DNA of 64,000 bases from an uncultured delta proteobacterium (GTDB taxonomy: Bacteria; Myxococcota_A; Polyangia; Fen-1088), in NCBI GenBank assembly GCA_963767925.1, contig CAVYGB010000002.1:128001-192000 (forward strand), given 5' to 3'. The notes under the pieces are model-generated. The model had not been told where the DNA came from, searched no databases, and was given only the letters and a program-made list of their open reading frames with translations. The position numbers were made by a program, and so were the translations under genes. Below, in pieces: positions 8,692 to 22,706 of the stretch; within the stretch, counting starts at the first letter, position 1; each line of letters opens with the position of its first letter.

Positions 8692-8811
8692 GATGCGGCA
8701 AGCGAGGTCCCGCGGACTTGCGAGCGCCGCGGGCGCGCGGCGCGGGCTTGCGGCCGGCGTCATCGCGGCGGCGCTTGCCTGGCAGGGGCCGGAAAGGGGA
8801 TCGTCGTTTCC

Positions 8812-10266
8812 ATGCGGCGAAGCTGGCTCGCGCTCCTGACGACCGTGGCGGCGGTGGGGCTGGACCCGAGCGCGGCCCGGGCCGCGGAGCGGCCAGCGGC
8901 GGACGCGGCGGCCCTGGCGGCGGCCCTGAAGGCGGCGCGGCCGGGGGACGTGATCGTCATGAAAGACGGGGTCTGGGCCGACCTCGACCTCCGGTTCGAG
9001 GCGCGCGCCACCGAGCAGGCGCCGGTGCGGCTGCGCGCCCGTACGCCGGGCGCGGTGGTGCTGACCGGGACCTCGCGCCTGACCTTCCTCGCCCCCCACC
9101 TGGTGGCCGAGGGGCTGCACTTCCGCGGCGGGCCGGGCGGCAAGCTGAAGGACGGCGCCGTCGTGCGCTTCGCCTCGCACCACGGGCGCCTGACCGAGAG
9201 CGCGATCGTCGACTACAACCCGGAGGATCCGCGGGCCGAATACCACTGGGTCCTGTTCGACGGCAGCGACAATCGGGTCGACCGCAGCCTGTTCCGGGGC
9301 AAGAACAACCGGCGCCCGGTGATCGCCAACGGCGGCCCGGGTATGCGCCGCAACCGGGTCGAGTCCTGCCACTTCAAGGACATCGCCTTCCGCAGCCAGA
9401 ACGGGCGGGAGATCATCCAGATCAAGGGCTACGGGATGAGCGAGGAGCTGGGGGAAGACGGCGCCTTCTTCACGGTGGAGCGCAACCTGTTCGAGGAGGC
9501 GCACGGCGAGGGGATGGAGATCATCTCGATCAAGTCCAACCGCAACGTGATTCGCGGCAACACCTTCCGCAAGACCAAGGGCGGCATCACCAACCGCAGC
9601 GGCAACTTCAACCTCATCGAGGGCAACGTCATCCTCGGTGAGCACGAGCCGCGGTCCTACGGCATCCGGGTCACCGGCCAGCACCACAAGGTGATCGACA
9701 ACTACGTCGCCGGGGTGGACGGCGCCGGGCTGCTGCTGGTGGCGGGCGAGCACATCGACGCCGCCTTGACCCCCCGGTACGACCCCATCGCCCGCGCGGG
9801 GACGCCGCTCGGCCGGGTGCCCCGCTACGCCCAGGTCCGGGAGGGGCTGTTCGCCAGGAACACCCTCGTCGACTGCGGCGGCCCGGCCATCGAGATCGGC
9901 TCGTCGTACAAGGCGGGCTGGCCCCAGGGCCAGCGGGTGCTGTTGCCCGAGCGCAACCGGATCGTCGACAACCTGGTGCAGGCGGCCAGGCCCGACGGAG
10001 GGAGCGCGGGGGCGGCGGGCGCGCCGATCGCGATCGTGCAGCCCGACGGACAGCCCCCGCTGGATCGCTTCCACTTCGCCGCCAACCAGGTCGCTGACAA
10101 CGTCCTGGCCGGCCCGGCCGCCGCCACCGGGGCGCCGGCCGGCTTCCGCGTCGCCCCCGCGCCCGGGCGCCCGGCCACGGCGGGCGCCAGCGCCGGCCGC
10201 CACCGCCCGCTGCAGCCGGCGGATGTGGGACCCCGCTGGATGGGCGCCGCCAAGACCGCCCGCTGA
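8812..10266 (+). CDS. polysaccharide lyase family 6 (chondroitinase-B / alginate lyase-like beta-helix)
   Basis: Signal peptide; ARPGDVIVMKDGVW, NGREIIQI, GEGMEIISIKS, YGIRV. Confidence 0.85.
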   Translation: MRRSWLALLTTVAAVGLDPSAARAAERPAADAAALAAALKAARPGDVIVMKDGVWADLDLRFEARATEQAPVRLRARTPGAVVLTGTSRLTFLAPHLVAEGLHFRGGPGGKLKDGAVVRFASHHGRLTESAIVDYNPEDPRAEYHWVLFDGSDNRVDRSLFRGKNNRRPVIANGGPGMRRNRVESCHFKDIAFRSQNGREIIQIKGYGMSEELGEDGAFFTVERNLFEEAHGEGMEIISIKSNRNVIRGNTFRKTKGGITNRSGNFNLIEGNVILGEHEPRSYGIRVTGQHHKVIDNYVAGVDGAGLLLVAGEHIDAALTPRYDPIARAGTPLGRVPRYAQVREGLFARNTLVDCGGPAIEIGSSYKAGWPQGQRVLLPERNRIVDNLVQAARPDGGSAGAAGAPIAIVQPDGQPPLDRFHFAANQVADNVLAGPAAATGAPAGFRVAPAPGRPATAGASAGRHRPLQPADVGPRWMGAAKTAR

Positions 10267-10380
10267 CGCGCCGATCGCGACGCGTCATCCCACCGAGGGG
10301 CAAAAACTCGGCAGGGCGGCGTACGCAGGTGACAATGCCTGGGGCACGCGCCATTGTGCCGCTTTCCGCCCGGCCAAAGC

Positions 10381-11493
10381 ATGCTGTTCCATCTCTTTGC
10401 AACCCTGAGAATCGAGTTCGGCTTCTTCAACGTCTTCCGCTACGTGTCGACGCGGGTGGGGCTGGCGACGCTGACCGCGCTGCTCATCACCTTCTCGGTC
10501 GCCCCCTGGTTCATCCGGCGGGCCCGCGAGCGGCAGCTCGGCGAGGTCATCCGCGACGATGGTCCCGCCTCCCACGCGAGCAAGAAGGGGACGCCCACCA
10601 TGGGCGGGGCCCTCATCCTCATCGCCCTGCTGATCGCCACCTTGCTCTGGTGCGACCTCACCAGCCCGCTGATCTGGCCCGCCCTGCTGGTGACGACCGG
10701 CTACGGGATGCTGGGGTTTGTCGACGACTACATCAAGATCGTCAAGAAGAACAAGAAGGGCGTCGCCGCCCGCATCAAGCTGCTCGTGCAGTTCGCCATC
10801 GGCGCCGCCGCCATCGCCTGGCTGTTCTGGGGCGGGGGCTGGTCGGACGACCTGCGCACGCGCCTGTCGGTGCCGCTGCTCGACTTCGACCGCATCCCGG
10901 TCGAGCTGCCGATCGCGCTGTATTTCTTCCTCGGCCTCATCGTCGTGGTGGGGATGTCCAACGGCGTGAACCTCACCGACGGGCTCGACGGGCTGGCCAT
11001 CGGGCCGGTGATCATCTCGTCCTTCACTTTCTTGCTGCTGGCTTACGCCAGCGGCACCGTGCTGGGCGGCTTCAACGTGGCCCACTACCTCGGCATGCCC
11101 CACATCGCCGGGGCGGGCGAGCTGGCCGTGTTCTGCGGGGCGATCGGGGGCGCGGGCATCGGCTTTCTCTGGTTCAACACCCACCCCGCCCAGGTCTTCA
11201 TGGGGGACGTCGGCGCCCTGGCCCTCGGCGGGGCGCTGGGGTTCGTGGCCCTGGCCACCAAGACGGAGCTGTCGCTGCCGATCATCGGCGGCCTGTTCAT
11301 CATCGAGCTGATGTCCGACATCATCCAGGTCGCCTACTACAAGCGCACCAAGAAGCGCGTCTTCCTCATGGCGCCCATCCACCACCACTACGAGAAGAAG
11401 GGCTGGCCGGAGTCGCGCATCGTCGTGCGCTTCTGGATCGTCTCTTTCTGCTTCGCGATCTCCGGGCTGCTGCTCACGCTCAAGGTGCGGTGA
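10381..11493 (+). CDS. mraY: phospho-N-acetylmuramoyl-pentapeptide transferase
   Basis: KKGTPTMGG, GFVDDY, SNGVNLTDGLDGLA, VFMGDVG, MAPIHHHYE. Confidence 0.97.
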   Translation: MLFHLFATLRIEFGFFNVFRYVSTRVGLATLTALLITFSVAPWFIRRARERQLGEVIRDDGPASHASKKGTPTMGGALILIALLIATLLWCDLTSPLIWPALLVTTGYGMLGFVDDYIKIVKKNKKGVAARIKLLVQFAIGAAAIAWLFWGGGWSDDLRTRLSVPLLDFDRIPVELPIALYFFLGLIVVVGMSNGVNLTDGLDGLAIGPVIISSFTFLLLAYASGTVLGGFNVAHYLGMPHIAGAGELAVFCGAIGGAGIGFLWFNTHPAQVFMGDVGALALGGALGFVALATKTELSLPIIGGLFIIELMSDIIQVAYYKRTKKRVFLMAPIHHHYEKKGWPESRIVVRFWIVSFCFAISGLLLTLKVR

Positions 11494-11509
11494 GGAGGGG
11501 GCGGGCGGG

Positions 11510-12891
11510 ATGGATCTGACCGGGCGGGAGGTGCTGGTGGTGGGGCTGGGCCGCAGCGGGGTGGCGGCGGCGCGGCTGTGCCTGCAGCGGGGGGCCCGGG
11601 TGCGGGTCACCGATTCGCGCCCTGCCGAGGCCCTCGCGGCCACGCTGGCCACCCTCCCTCCGGAGATCGAGCCCGGGCGGCGCGAGCTGGGCGGCCACCG
11701 GCGCGACAGCTTCCTGACCGCCGACCTGATCGTGCTCTCGCCGGGCGTGCCCCCGCTGGCCGAGGTGGCGGCCGCGCGCGCGGCGGGCGTGCCGGTGACC
11801 GGGGAGCTCGAGCTGGGCGCCTGGTTCGTGCAGGCCCCCCTGCTGGCGGTGACCGGGACCAACGGCAAGTCGACGACCACAACCCTGGCGGGGGCCATGC
11901 TGGCCGCCACCGGCCGCCCCACCTTCGTCGGGGGCAACCTCGGCGTCCCCCTGTGCGAGGCGGTGGGGACCCCGGCGGCGGGGCCGGGTGGCCACGTCGT
12001 GGTGGAGGTGTCGAGCTTCCAGCTCGAGACCACCGCGCGGTTCGCGCCCCGGGTGGGCATCCTGCTCAACATCAGCCCCGACCACCTCGACCGCTACGAC
12101 GGCATCGAGGGGTACGCCGCCGCCAAGGCCCGGCTGTTCGCCGCCCAGCGGGCCGAGGACTTCGCGCTGGTCAACGTCGACGACGACCGCGTGCGAGCCA
12201 TCGCCGAGCGGGTGCCCGGCCAGGTGGTGCCGCTGTCGACCCGCCGGTCGCTGGCCGACCAGCCGGGCGCCGCCGCCGGCTGGCTGGAAGGTCGCGAGCT
12301 CCTGCTGCGCCTGCCGGGGAGCCCGACCCCCGAACGTTACCCGGCCCAGGCCCCCGGGCTGGTGGGCCGCCACAACAGCGAAAACGCCCTGGCCGCCGCC
12401 CTCGGCGCGCGCCTGTCGGGGGCCAGCGCCGACCAGGTGCGGGCCACCTTGCTGGCCTTCCGCCCCCTGCCCCACCGCATGATCCTGGTGCGCGAGCGGG
12501 CCGGGGTGGCCTTCTATGACGACTCGAAGGGGACCAACGTGGGGGCGGTGGTGGCCGCCCTCGACGGTTTTCCCAGACCGGTGGTGCTGATCGCCGGCGG
12601 GCGCGACAAGGGGGGCAGCTACGCCCCGCTGGCCGCTGCCCTGGCGCCGGTGGGCCGGGCGGCGGTGCTGATCGGCGAGGCAGCCAGCCGCATCGACGCC
12701 GGCCTGGCCGGCGTGGTGCCGGTGCGGCACGCGCCCACCCTGGAGGCGGCGGTGGCGGTCGCCGCCGAGCTGGCCCGCCCGGGCGACGCGGTGGTGCTGT
12801 CGCCCGCCTGCTCGAGCTTCGACATGTTCCGCAACTACGAGCACCGGGGCGACGTGTTCGCGGCCGCCGTGACCGCCCTGCCGGAGGCGAC

Positions 12892-12895
<4 letters not shown>
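11510..12895 (+). CDS. murD: UDP-N-acetylmuramoyl-L-alanine--D-glutamate ligase
   Basis: GLGRSG, TGTNGKSTT, EVSSFQL, DHLDRY, DDSKGTN, LSPACSSFDMF. Confidence 0.97.
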
Positions 12896-14256
<1,361 letters not shown>

Positions 14257-14299
14257 CGGATCGGGTTGCACGGGCGGGCGCGCTGGCTATCACCAAGGG

Positions 14300-15001
14300 G
14301 TGAGGCTCTCATCGTGCGCACCTGGGTTCCTGGCCGGTGGGCTGTTGCTGGCCGTCAGCGGTGTGATCGGTGTGGCGGCAGCGAGCGCGACCCTGCCGCT
14401 GTCTTACGTCGCGCTGGGGGACTCGACCGGGGTGGGGGTGGGGGCGCGTGAGGGGGGATATGTCGCCCACCTGTTCAGCGAGCTGGCGGCCCTGCGGCCG
14501 GGATCGCGGCTGCTGAATCTGTGCGGCAGCGGCGCCACCACCGCGCGGGTGCTGTCGCAGCAGGTGCCGCGCGTCCCCCGCGACGGACGGGGGGTGGTCA
14601 CGCTGGGGGTGGGGGTCAACGACCTGCACCGGCGGGTGCCGGTCGATCAGTTCGGCGAGCGGCTGGAGGCCATCGTGCGCGGGGTCCGCGAGCGCACGCC
14701 CGCGCCCATCGTCGTGACCAACCTGCCCGACGTCTCGCTGGCCCCCATCGTGCCGGCCTACCTGCGGCCGCTGGTGGCCTACCAGGTGCGGGCCTACAAC
14801 GAGGTCATCGCGAAGATCGCTGCCCGCTACCGGCTGATCCTGGTCGACGCCTACACCCCCAGCCAGCGGGCGCTGCCCGAGCACCCCGAGTTCTTCTCCG
14901 ACGACGGCTTTCACCCCTCGGACGCCGGCTACCGCTTCTGGGCCGGCGTCATCTGGCCCGAGCTGCGCGCCACCCTCCCGGGCGCCACCGCCACCCGGTA
15001 G
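14300..15001 (+). CDS. SGNH/GDSL hydrolase
   Basis: YVALGDSTG, GVGVND, DGFHPS; start (GTG 14300) uncertain. Confidence 0.88.
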   Translation: MRLSSCAPGFLAGGLLLAVSGVIGVAAASATLPLSYVALGDSTGVGVGAREGGYVAHLFSELAALRPGSRLLNLCGSGATTARVLSQQVPRVPRDGRGVVTLGVGVNDLHRRVPVDQFGERLEAIVRGVRERTPAPIVVTNLPDVSLAPIVPAYLRPLVAYQVRAYNEVIAKIAARYRLILVDAYTPSQRALPEHPEFFSDDGFHPSDAGYRFWAGVIWPELRATLPGATATR

Positions 15002-15074
15002 CCTGGCCCGAGCGCAGCGCGGGAACCCGGCCATTTTCTGCGACGGTCTCCCGGCCTCCTCCTGGCTTCAGCGC

Positions 15075-17753
15075 TCAGCTCGGCGGTACCACGATCGGGG
15101 CCGGGGCGGCTCCGGTGGCGACCGGGAGGCGGATGCGGAAGGTGGTCTCCACCTTCGGGACCGAGGCGACCTCGATGCGGCCGCCGGCGCGGGTGACCAC
15201 CAGCTCGGCGATGGCCAGGCCGAGGCCCCGGCCGGTGCCGGGTTTGGTGGTGAAAAAGGGGGAGAAGACCTTCGCCACCTGCTCGGGAGCGATGCCGGGG
15301 CCGTCGTCGCTGACCTCCAGCACGAGCTGCTGGCCCTCGCGCCGGGTCTTGACCCGCACGACCCCCCTCTCCTGGATCGCCTCGGTCGCGTTCTGGACCA
15401 GGCAGCGCACCACCTGGTTGAGCTCCTCGGGGATGCAGCGGACCTGGGCGCCGGGAGCCCGCAGGTCGAGCTCCACCCGGCAGCTCACGTCGATGGGCGG
15501 GGCGACGAGCTGGGTCACCTCCTGGACGGCGGCGTCGAAGGCCACCTCCACCGACTCCTTGGGGAACCCCTCCCGGGCGTAGCGCCGCAGCAGCGCCACC
15601 ACCGCCTCGATCCGGGTGATGCCCGAACCTGCGCTGCCGACCAGGCGGTCGATGCGCTCCTTGACCCGATCGATGGCGGCCAGGCGCGCGGGATCGGTGA
15701 GGGCGGCCCCCGCGATCTGCTCCCGGATCTTCGAGATCTGCTCGACGATCATGAGCTGGGCCCCCTTGATGAAGGTGAGGGGGTTCTGGATCTCGTGGGC
15801 CAGGCCGCCGCTGACGATCTCCAGCCCCTCGGCGTGGGCCCGCATGAGGTGGTCGACGTGCCGGCCCCGGCGCTCGAGGAGCTGGCGGATGGCCGCCTCC
15901 AGCTCGCGGGGGCTGAAGGGCTTGCCGAGGTAGACGTCGACCCCCGCCTCCCGCACCGCCAGCCGATCTTCGAGCTGGTTCTTGGCGGTCAACATGATGA
16001 TCGACGTCTCGGTGAACTGGCGGTCGGCGCGCAGCGCCTGCACCATGCTGAGGCCGTCCAGCTCCGGCATCATGAAGTCGGTGATGATGAGGTCGGGGTG
16101 CTCGCGGCGGGCGATCTCCAGCCCCACCTGCCCGTTGCCGGCGACCGAGACGGTGTAGCGCTGGCAGAGCTGCAGGTTGATCAGCTCGAGGATCTCGGGG
16201 TTGTCCTCGACGACGAGGATGCGGGTCGGGCTGGTCTGGCCGGTGGCCCGCGCCACCACCCGCCGATCGGTGACGTCGCCGATCTCGAGGAAGCGGTAGT
16301 CGTCCTTGCGCTGGAGCTGCTGGGCCCACTCGCGCGGCTCGCGGACCTCCGGGCCCGGGGGGGCCTCCCCGGCCCGTACCTCGGGGGCGATGTGCCCCTC
16401 CCCCTCCGGCAGGTGGACGACGAACCGGCTGCCCCGACCCGGCGTGCTCTCCACCGTGAGGGTGCCCCCGTGCAGGATGACGATCTCGCGGGCGTAGGCC
16501 AGCCCCAGCCCGGTCCCTCCGAAGCGGCGGGTGACCGAGCCGTCGGCCTGGTTGAAGCGATCGAACACCCGCTCGATCTTGTCGGCGGCGATGCCGATGC
16601 CGGTGTCGGACACCACGAGCTCGACCTGGCCGGCGCGGGCTTCGAGCGAGAGGGTGACGCCGCCCTGGCTGGTGAACTTGAGGGCGTTGGACACCAGGTT
16701 GACCAGCACCCGTTCGATCTTCTCGACGTCGACCTGGAGGTCGCTGGGCCGCCCGTGCACGACGAGGTCGAGGGTGAGCTGCTTGCGGGCGGCCAGGGGG
16801 CGAGAGTAGGCCACCACCTCCTCCAGCAGGGCCACGAGATCGGTGCGCTCGGGGCGCAGGCGCAGAAACCCCTCCTCCATCCGGGCCAGGTCGAGGAGAT
16901 CGTTGATCAGCTTCAGCAGGCGAACGGCGTTGCGCTGGTTGGACTGTAGATAGGCTCGCTGGGTGGCGTTGAGGGGCCCCAGCTCCTCGCCGAGCAGGTT
17001 CTCCAGGGGGGCCAGGATCATGGTGAGGGGGGTGCGCAGCTCGTGCGAGACGTTGGCGAAGAACCTCGAGCGGAGCTGGCCGATCTGCTCGATGCGGGTG
17101 CGCTCGGCGGTGACCCGCTCGAGCACGACGGCGGGCATGGTCATCGACATGGCGAACTCGATGAGCAGGGCGATGGTGAAGCCGAGCAGGCTCAGGCTCG
17201 GGTGGTCCCTCAGGAAGGGGTAATCCATGTCATGCAGGCTGGAGATGAGGCAGGTGATGGTGGCGGCCCGGGCCGTCGGGCTCATGCGGTCCGACCCGAG
17301 GAGCACGGCCCGGAAGCCGACGTGGAACACCGGCACCGAGATGCTGATGGCGGCGGGCAGAGAGATCAGCCAGAAGGGCGCGCCGAGGGCGCTGGCCACA
17401 ACGCTGGTGACGAGGGCGACCCCGAACACGACGCCGTAGACCCGCCAGGCCGCCGTCAGGTCGGAGATGCGGGCCAGCAGATCGGCCATGGCGAGCTTGA
17501 TCGGGAAGGCCGACATGAAGGACAGGGTCATCAGCAGCGGCGTGCCGGTCAGCACCCCCTGCATCACCAGGCTCACCGCCGAGAACGCCCAGAACAGGAA
17601 CAGCGTCCGGTGCAGCGCGGTCCGCGCGCGGGCCCAGAGGAACCCCGACAGGATGACGTTGATGACGATGACCGCCGCGTAGAGCAGCAGGAGCCCCGTG
17701 AGCGGTGCCATGATTCCCCCCACGCGCGCCAACAACGCGCCGAGATACCCCAT
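15075..17753 (-). CDS. membrane hybrid kinase (TM region-HisKA-HATPase-REC-HisKA-HATPase)
   Basis: Hydrophobic N-terminus; SHELRTPL, TDFMMPELDG, second H-box AHEIQNPL; start may be ATG at 17711. Confidence 0.9.
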   Translation of the reverse strand: MGYLGALLARVGGIMAPLTGLLLLYAAVIVINVILSGFLWARARTALHRTLFLFWAFSAVSLVMQGVLTGTPLLMTLSFMSAFPIKLAMADLLARISDLTAAWRVYGVVFGVALVTSVVASALGAPFWLISLPAAISISVPVFHVGFRAVLLGSDRMSPTARAATITCLISSLHDMDYPFLRDHPSLSLLGFTIALLIEFAMSMTMPAVVLERVTAERTRIEQIGQLRSRFFANVSHELRTPLTMILAPLENLLGEELGPLNATQRAYLQSNQRNAVRLLKLINDLLDLARMEEGFLRLRPERTDLVALLEEVVAYSRPLAARKQLTLDLVVHGRPSDLQVDVEKIERVLVNLVSNALKFTSQGGVTLSLEARAGQVELVVSDTGIGIAADKIERVFDRFNQADGSVTRRFGGTGLGLAYAREIVILHGGTLTVESTPGRGSRFVVHLPEGEGHIAPEVRAGEAPPGPEVREPREWAQQLQRKDDYRFLEIGDVTDRRVVARATGQTSPTRILVVEDNPEILELINLQLCQRYTVSVAGNGQVGLEIARREHPDLIITDFMMPELDGLSMVQALRADRQFTETSIIMLTAKNQLEDRLAVREAGVDVYLGKPFSPRELEAAIRQLLERRGRHVDHLMRAHAEGLEIVSGGLAHEIQNPLTFIKGAQLMIVEQISKIREQIAGAALTDPARLAAIDRVKERIDRLVGSAGSGITRIEAVVALLRRYAREGFPKESVEVAFDAAVQEVTQLVAPPIDVSCRVELDLRAPGAQVRCIPEELNQVVRCLVQNATEAIQERGVVRVKTRREGQQLVLEVSDDGPGIAPEQVAKVFSPFFTTKPGTGRGLGLAIAELVVTRAGGRIEVASVPKVETTFRIRLPVATGAAPAPIVVPPS

Positions 17754-17853
17754 CGACGTTCCGGGACCGAGGGTTGAGCCCGTGCCACCCTTACCCGCCG
17801 AACACCTACCTCGTCCCAGGTGGGGGCCCCCGCCGGGCGGGAAGGCGGCGGGT

Positions 17854-19752
<1,899 letters not shown>

Positions 19753-19816
19753 CCTCCGATCATTTCACAACGTTCAGGGGGCGACAACCGGCCCTGTGCG
19801 ACGCGATACTCCCCCG

Positions 19817-20164
19817 ATGGCGATCGAACGCATCGGGGTCCAGACCCGCTGGTCGGACATGGTCGTGCACAACGGCACCGTTTACGTGGTCGAGGTGCCG
19901 GTGTCGGCGGACGCCGACCTCACCACCCAGACCAAGGAGGTCCTGGCCAGCCTGGAGGATTCCCTGCGCCAGGCGGGCAGCAGCAAGTCCAATTTGCTGA
20001 TGGTGACGATCTACCTCGACGACATACGTGGGCTGGACACCTTCAACGCGGTCTGGGACGCCTGGGTCCCCCGGGGCGCCGCCCCGGTGCGGGCCTGCGT
20101 GCAGGCCCGGCTGGGCAAGCCGGGATACCAGGTGGAGCTGCAGGTGATCGCCGCGACGGCTTGA
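19817..20164 (+). CDS. RidA/YjgF family protein (YoaB-like)
   Basis: FNAVWDAWVP.G.APVRACVQA and VELQVIAA. Confidence 0.9.
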   Translation: MAIERIGVQTRWSDMVVHNGTVYVVEVPVSADADLTTQTKEVLASLEDSLRQAGSSKSNLLMVTIYLDDIRGLDTFNAVWDAWVPRGAAPVRACVQARLGKPGYQVELQVIAATA

Positions 20165-20176
20165 GGGACGGCGGCC

Positions 20177-20560
20177 ATGACCTCGCTCGGATTCAGCCGC
20201 TGGCTGGCGCTCGTGTTCGCGATCGTGCTGGCGGTGGTGGAGGCGGTCATCAACGAGAGCCGCCCCGACGGCCGGTGGCAATACGCCCCCCTCTGGATCA
20301 TCGACTACCTGATCGTGGCGGCCCTGCTGGCCGGCTTCTGGCTCAACCGCCGTCGCGGCCACGAGCCGGTCCTGGTGCTGGCCTGGGCGCTGGGCGCCGG
20401 CGTGTTCTACATGGCCCTGTTCAGCGGCCTCGACGGGCGGCCGCGCGACGGCCGGGCCGATCTGATCCTCGAGCTCATCGCCCTCGGGCTGGCCGTGCAG
20501 CTCCTGGGCCTCGGGCTCACCCTGCGGGCCCACTACCGCGGGCGCCGCCTGCGCCCTTGA
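20177..20560 (+). CDS. small integral membrane protein (about 4 TM)
   Basis: Four hydrophobic segments; GAGG upstream; GC3-biased codons. Confidence 0.7.
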   Translation: MTSLGFSRWLALVFAIVLAVVEAVINESRPDGRWQYAPLWIIDYLIVAALLAGFWLNRRRGHEPVLVLAWALGAGVFYMALFSGLDGRPRDGRADLILELIALGLAVQLLGLGLTLRAHYRGRRLRP

Positions 20561-20600
20561 GCGTCGGATCGGTGAGGGGAGCGCGCGCCGGCGGCGGTGC

Positions 20601-21320
20601 TCACAGCCGGGCGTGGGCCATCCGGCGCAGCTCGGCGCCGACGCCGGGGTCGTCGACGATCGCGCCGTGGGCGGTGAGCACCACGGTCGGCAGCTCCCGC
20701 TCCAGCTCGGTCAGGAAGAAGCGGCGATAGGAGGCTCGATCGCGCATGAACAGCTTCAGCGCGAGGCCGTTGATCTTGAAGCCGGGCGCCGAGTCGGTCC
20801 AGCGGAACAGCAGGCGGGGGATGAGAGAGCCAGGCGCCTCCTTCATGCTGAAGCAGGAGTCCGAGACGTACCAGACGGGGCCCCGGGCGGTCTTCACCTG
20901 CACCCAGGTGTCCCCCAGCTTGATGCCCGGCACGTCGCGCACCTCCACCCCCTCGGGCAGCATCGTCGCCAGGTCCTGGAGCGGCGAGATGTCGATCAGC
21001 TCGGGCCGCCGCTTGCGCAGCCGAGGATGGGCCACCAGGGGCGCGAAGACCCTGGCCTTCGGGAACGCCGCCCGCCAGGACGGCACGCCCATGTGATGAA
21101 AGCCGTTTGTCGCGATGATCGCCCCCACCCCCCCGCGCCGCTCCAGCGCCTGCAAGGCCGCCGCGGGCAGGTCGGGCGCCGGGCTCGCCGCCAGCAGCCG
21201 CCCGTCCTTGAGCCGCACCGTCATCATGCGCGCGAACGCCCCCTTGGTGAACGCATACTCCCGCGTCAGCACCCCCCGCTCCTCGTCGATCACCTCCCAG
21301 CCGCTGTCATGGGTCTCCAT
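20601..21320 (-). CDS. metallo-beta-lactamase-fold protein (DUF4336-like)
   Basis: RMMTVRL.DG.L, NGFHHMG, SD and AHG motifs. Confidence 0.75.
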   Translation of the reverse strand: METHDSGWEVIDEERGVLTREYAFTKGAFARMMTVRLKDGRLLAASPAPDLPAAALQALERRGGVGAIIATNGFHHMGVPSWRAAFPKARVFAPLVAHPRLRKRRPELIDISPLQDLATMLPEGVEVRDVPGIKLGDTWVQVKTARGPVWYVSDSCFSMKEAPGSLIPRLLFRWTDSAPGFKINGLALKLFMRDRASYRRFFLTELERELPTVVLTAHGAIVDDPGVGAELRRMAHARL

Positions 21321-21496
21321 CTGTTGGTACCGGCCTCCCACGCCAGTTATATCCCCCGCGGCCGTTGGTGTAATCATTGCAGAACATGGCTCAGGGAGAC
21401 CGGGACCGCGATGAAGCAGCCGCCGATGGCTACGAAACATAGAGCCGCGATGACCGCGGGGGCCGGCCGGCCGGGCCCGCGGCGACGGGGGGGGCG

Positions 21497-22606
21497 GTGA
21501 AGCTGCTGGTGGCGGGAGGGGGGACCGGGGGGCACCTGTTCACCGGGATGGCGGTGGCCGAGGAGGTGCTGGCCCGGCCGGACGGGGAGGTGCTCTTCGT
21601 CGGGACCGACCGGGGGCTCGAGGCGCGGCTGGTTCCGGCGGCCGGCTACCGGCTCGAGCTGGTGTCGGTCAGCGGCCTCAAGCGGGTCGGCCTCGCCGCG
21701 CAGGTCCGCGGGCTGGCCCGGCTGCCGCTGGCGCTGGCGCGCTCGCTGGCGATCGTCCGGCGCTTCCAGCCGGACGTGGTGCTGGGCGTGGGCGGCTACG
21801 CCTCGGGCCCGGTGGTGATGGCCGCGGCCCTCGCCCGCTACCCCACCGCCATCCTGGAGCAGAACACCGTCCCGGGCTTCACCAACCGCATCCTCGGCAA
21901 GGTCGTGCGCGCCGTGTTCACCGCCTTCGAGGGCGCTCAGGCCGCCTTCCCGCGCGCCAAGATCATCGCCACCGGGAACCCTCTGCGCCGCGTGTTCCTG
22001 CGGGCCGCCGCTCGCGCCAGCGAGCAGCGCCGCGCCGGCGCGGCGGCCCGATCGGGGCGAGGGCGGCTGCTCGTGGTGGGCGGCAGCCAGGGGTCGCGGG
22101 CGGTCAACGACGCCGTGGTGGCCGCCGCCGCGCGCTGGGCCCGGGCCGGCAGCGCCCCCCGGATCGTGCATCAGACCGGCACGGCCGACGCCGACCGGGT
22201 CGCCGCCGCCTACGCCGCCCTCGGCTTGCCGGAGGGAACGGTGACGGTGTCGGCCTTCATCGACGACATGGCCACCGCCTGCACCGAGGCCGACCTGGTC
22301 GTCGCGCGGGCCGGCGCCCTGACCCTGGCCGAGCTGGCCATCCTGGGCGTCCCCGCCGTCCTGATCCCGCTGCCGACCGCCGCCGACGATCACCAGACGA
22401 AAAACGCCGCCGCCTTCGCCGACAGCGGCGCCGCTCTGCTCATCCCGCAGGCCGACGCCAGCGGCGAACGCCTGGCCCAGGAGATCGACCGCCTCCTCGC
22501 CGACCCCGCGCGCCGCCAAGCCATGACCGCGGCGATGACCGCCCTCGCTCGCCCCCAGGCCGCCGCCGCCATCACCGACGCCCTCGCCCGGCTTCAGAAG
22601 AAATAG
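21497..22606 (+). CDS. murG: lipid II GlcNAc transferase
   Basis: GGGTGGH, GGYAS, EQN, GNPLR, GGSQGS, RAGALTLAEL, HQTKNA. Confidence 0.97.
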   Translation: MKLLVAGGGTGGHLFTGMAVAEEVLARPDGEVLFVGTDRGLEARLVPAAGYRLELVSVSGLKRVGLAAQVRGLARLPLALARSLAIVRRFQPDVVLGVGGYASGPVVMAAALARYPTAILEQNTVPGFTNRILGKVVRAVFTAFEGAQAAFPRAKIIATGNPLRRVFLRAAARASEQRRAGAAARSGRGRLLVVGGSQGSRAVNDAVVAAAARWARAGSAPRIVHQTGTADADRVAAAYAALGLPEGTVTVSAFIDDMATACTEADLVVARAGALTLAELAILGVPAVLIPLPTAADDHQTKNAAAFADSGAALLIPQADASGERLAQEIDRLLADPARRQAMTAAMTALARPQAAAAITDALARLQKK

Positions 22607-22706
22607 GCGCGCGCCCGGCCACCGGCAGGAGAAAGGTCCCCCGTGACCGAGCGACCATCGCTCCATCACGGATTGTTCGGGGTGCGCGGCCGCGGGCGGG
22701 GTCAGG

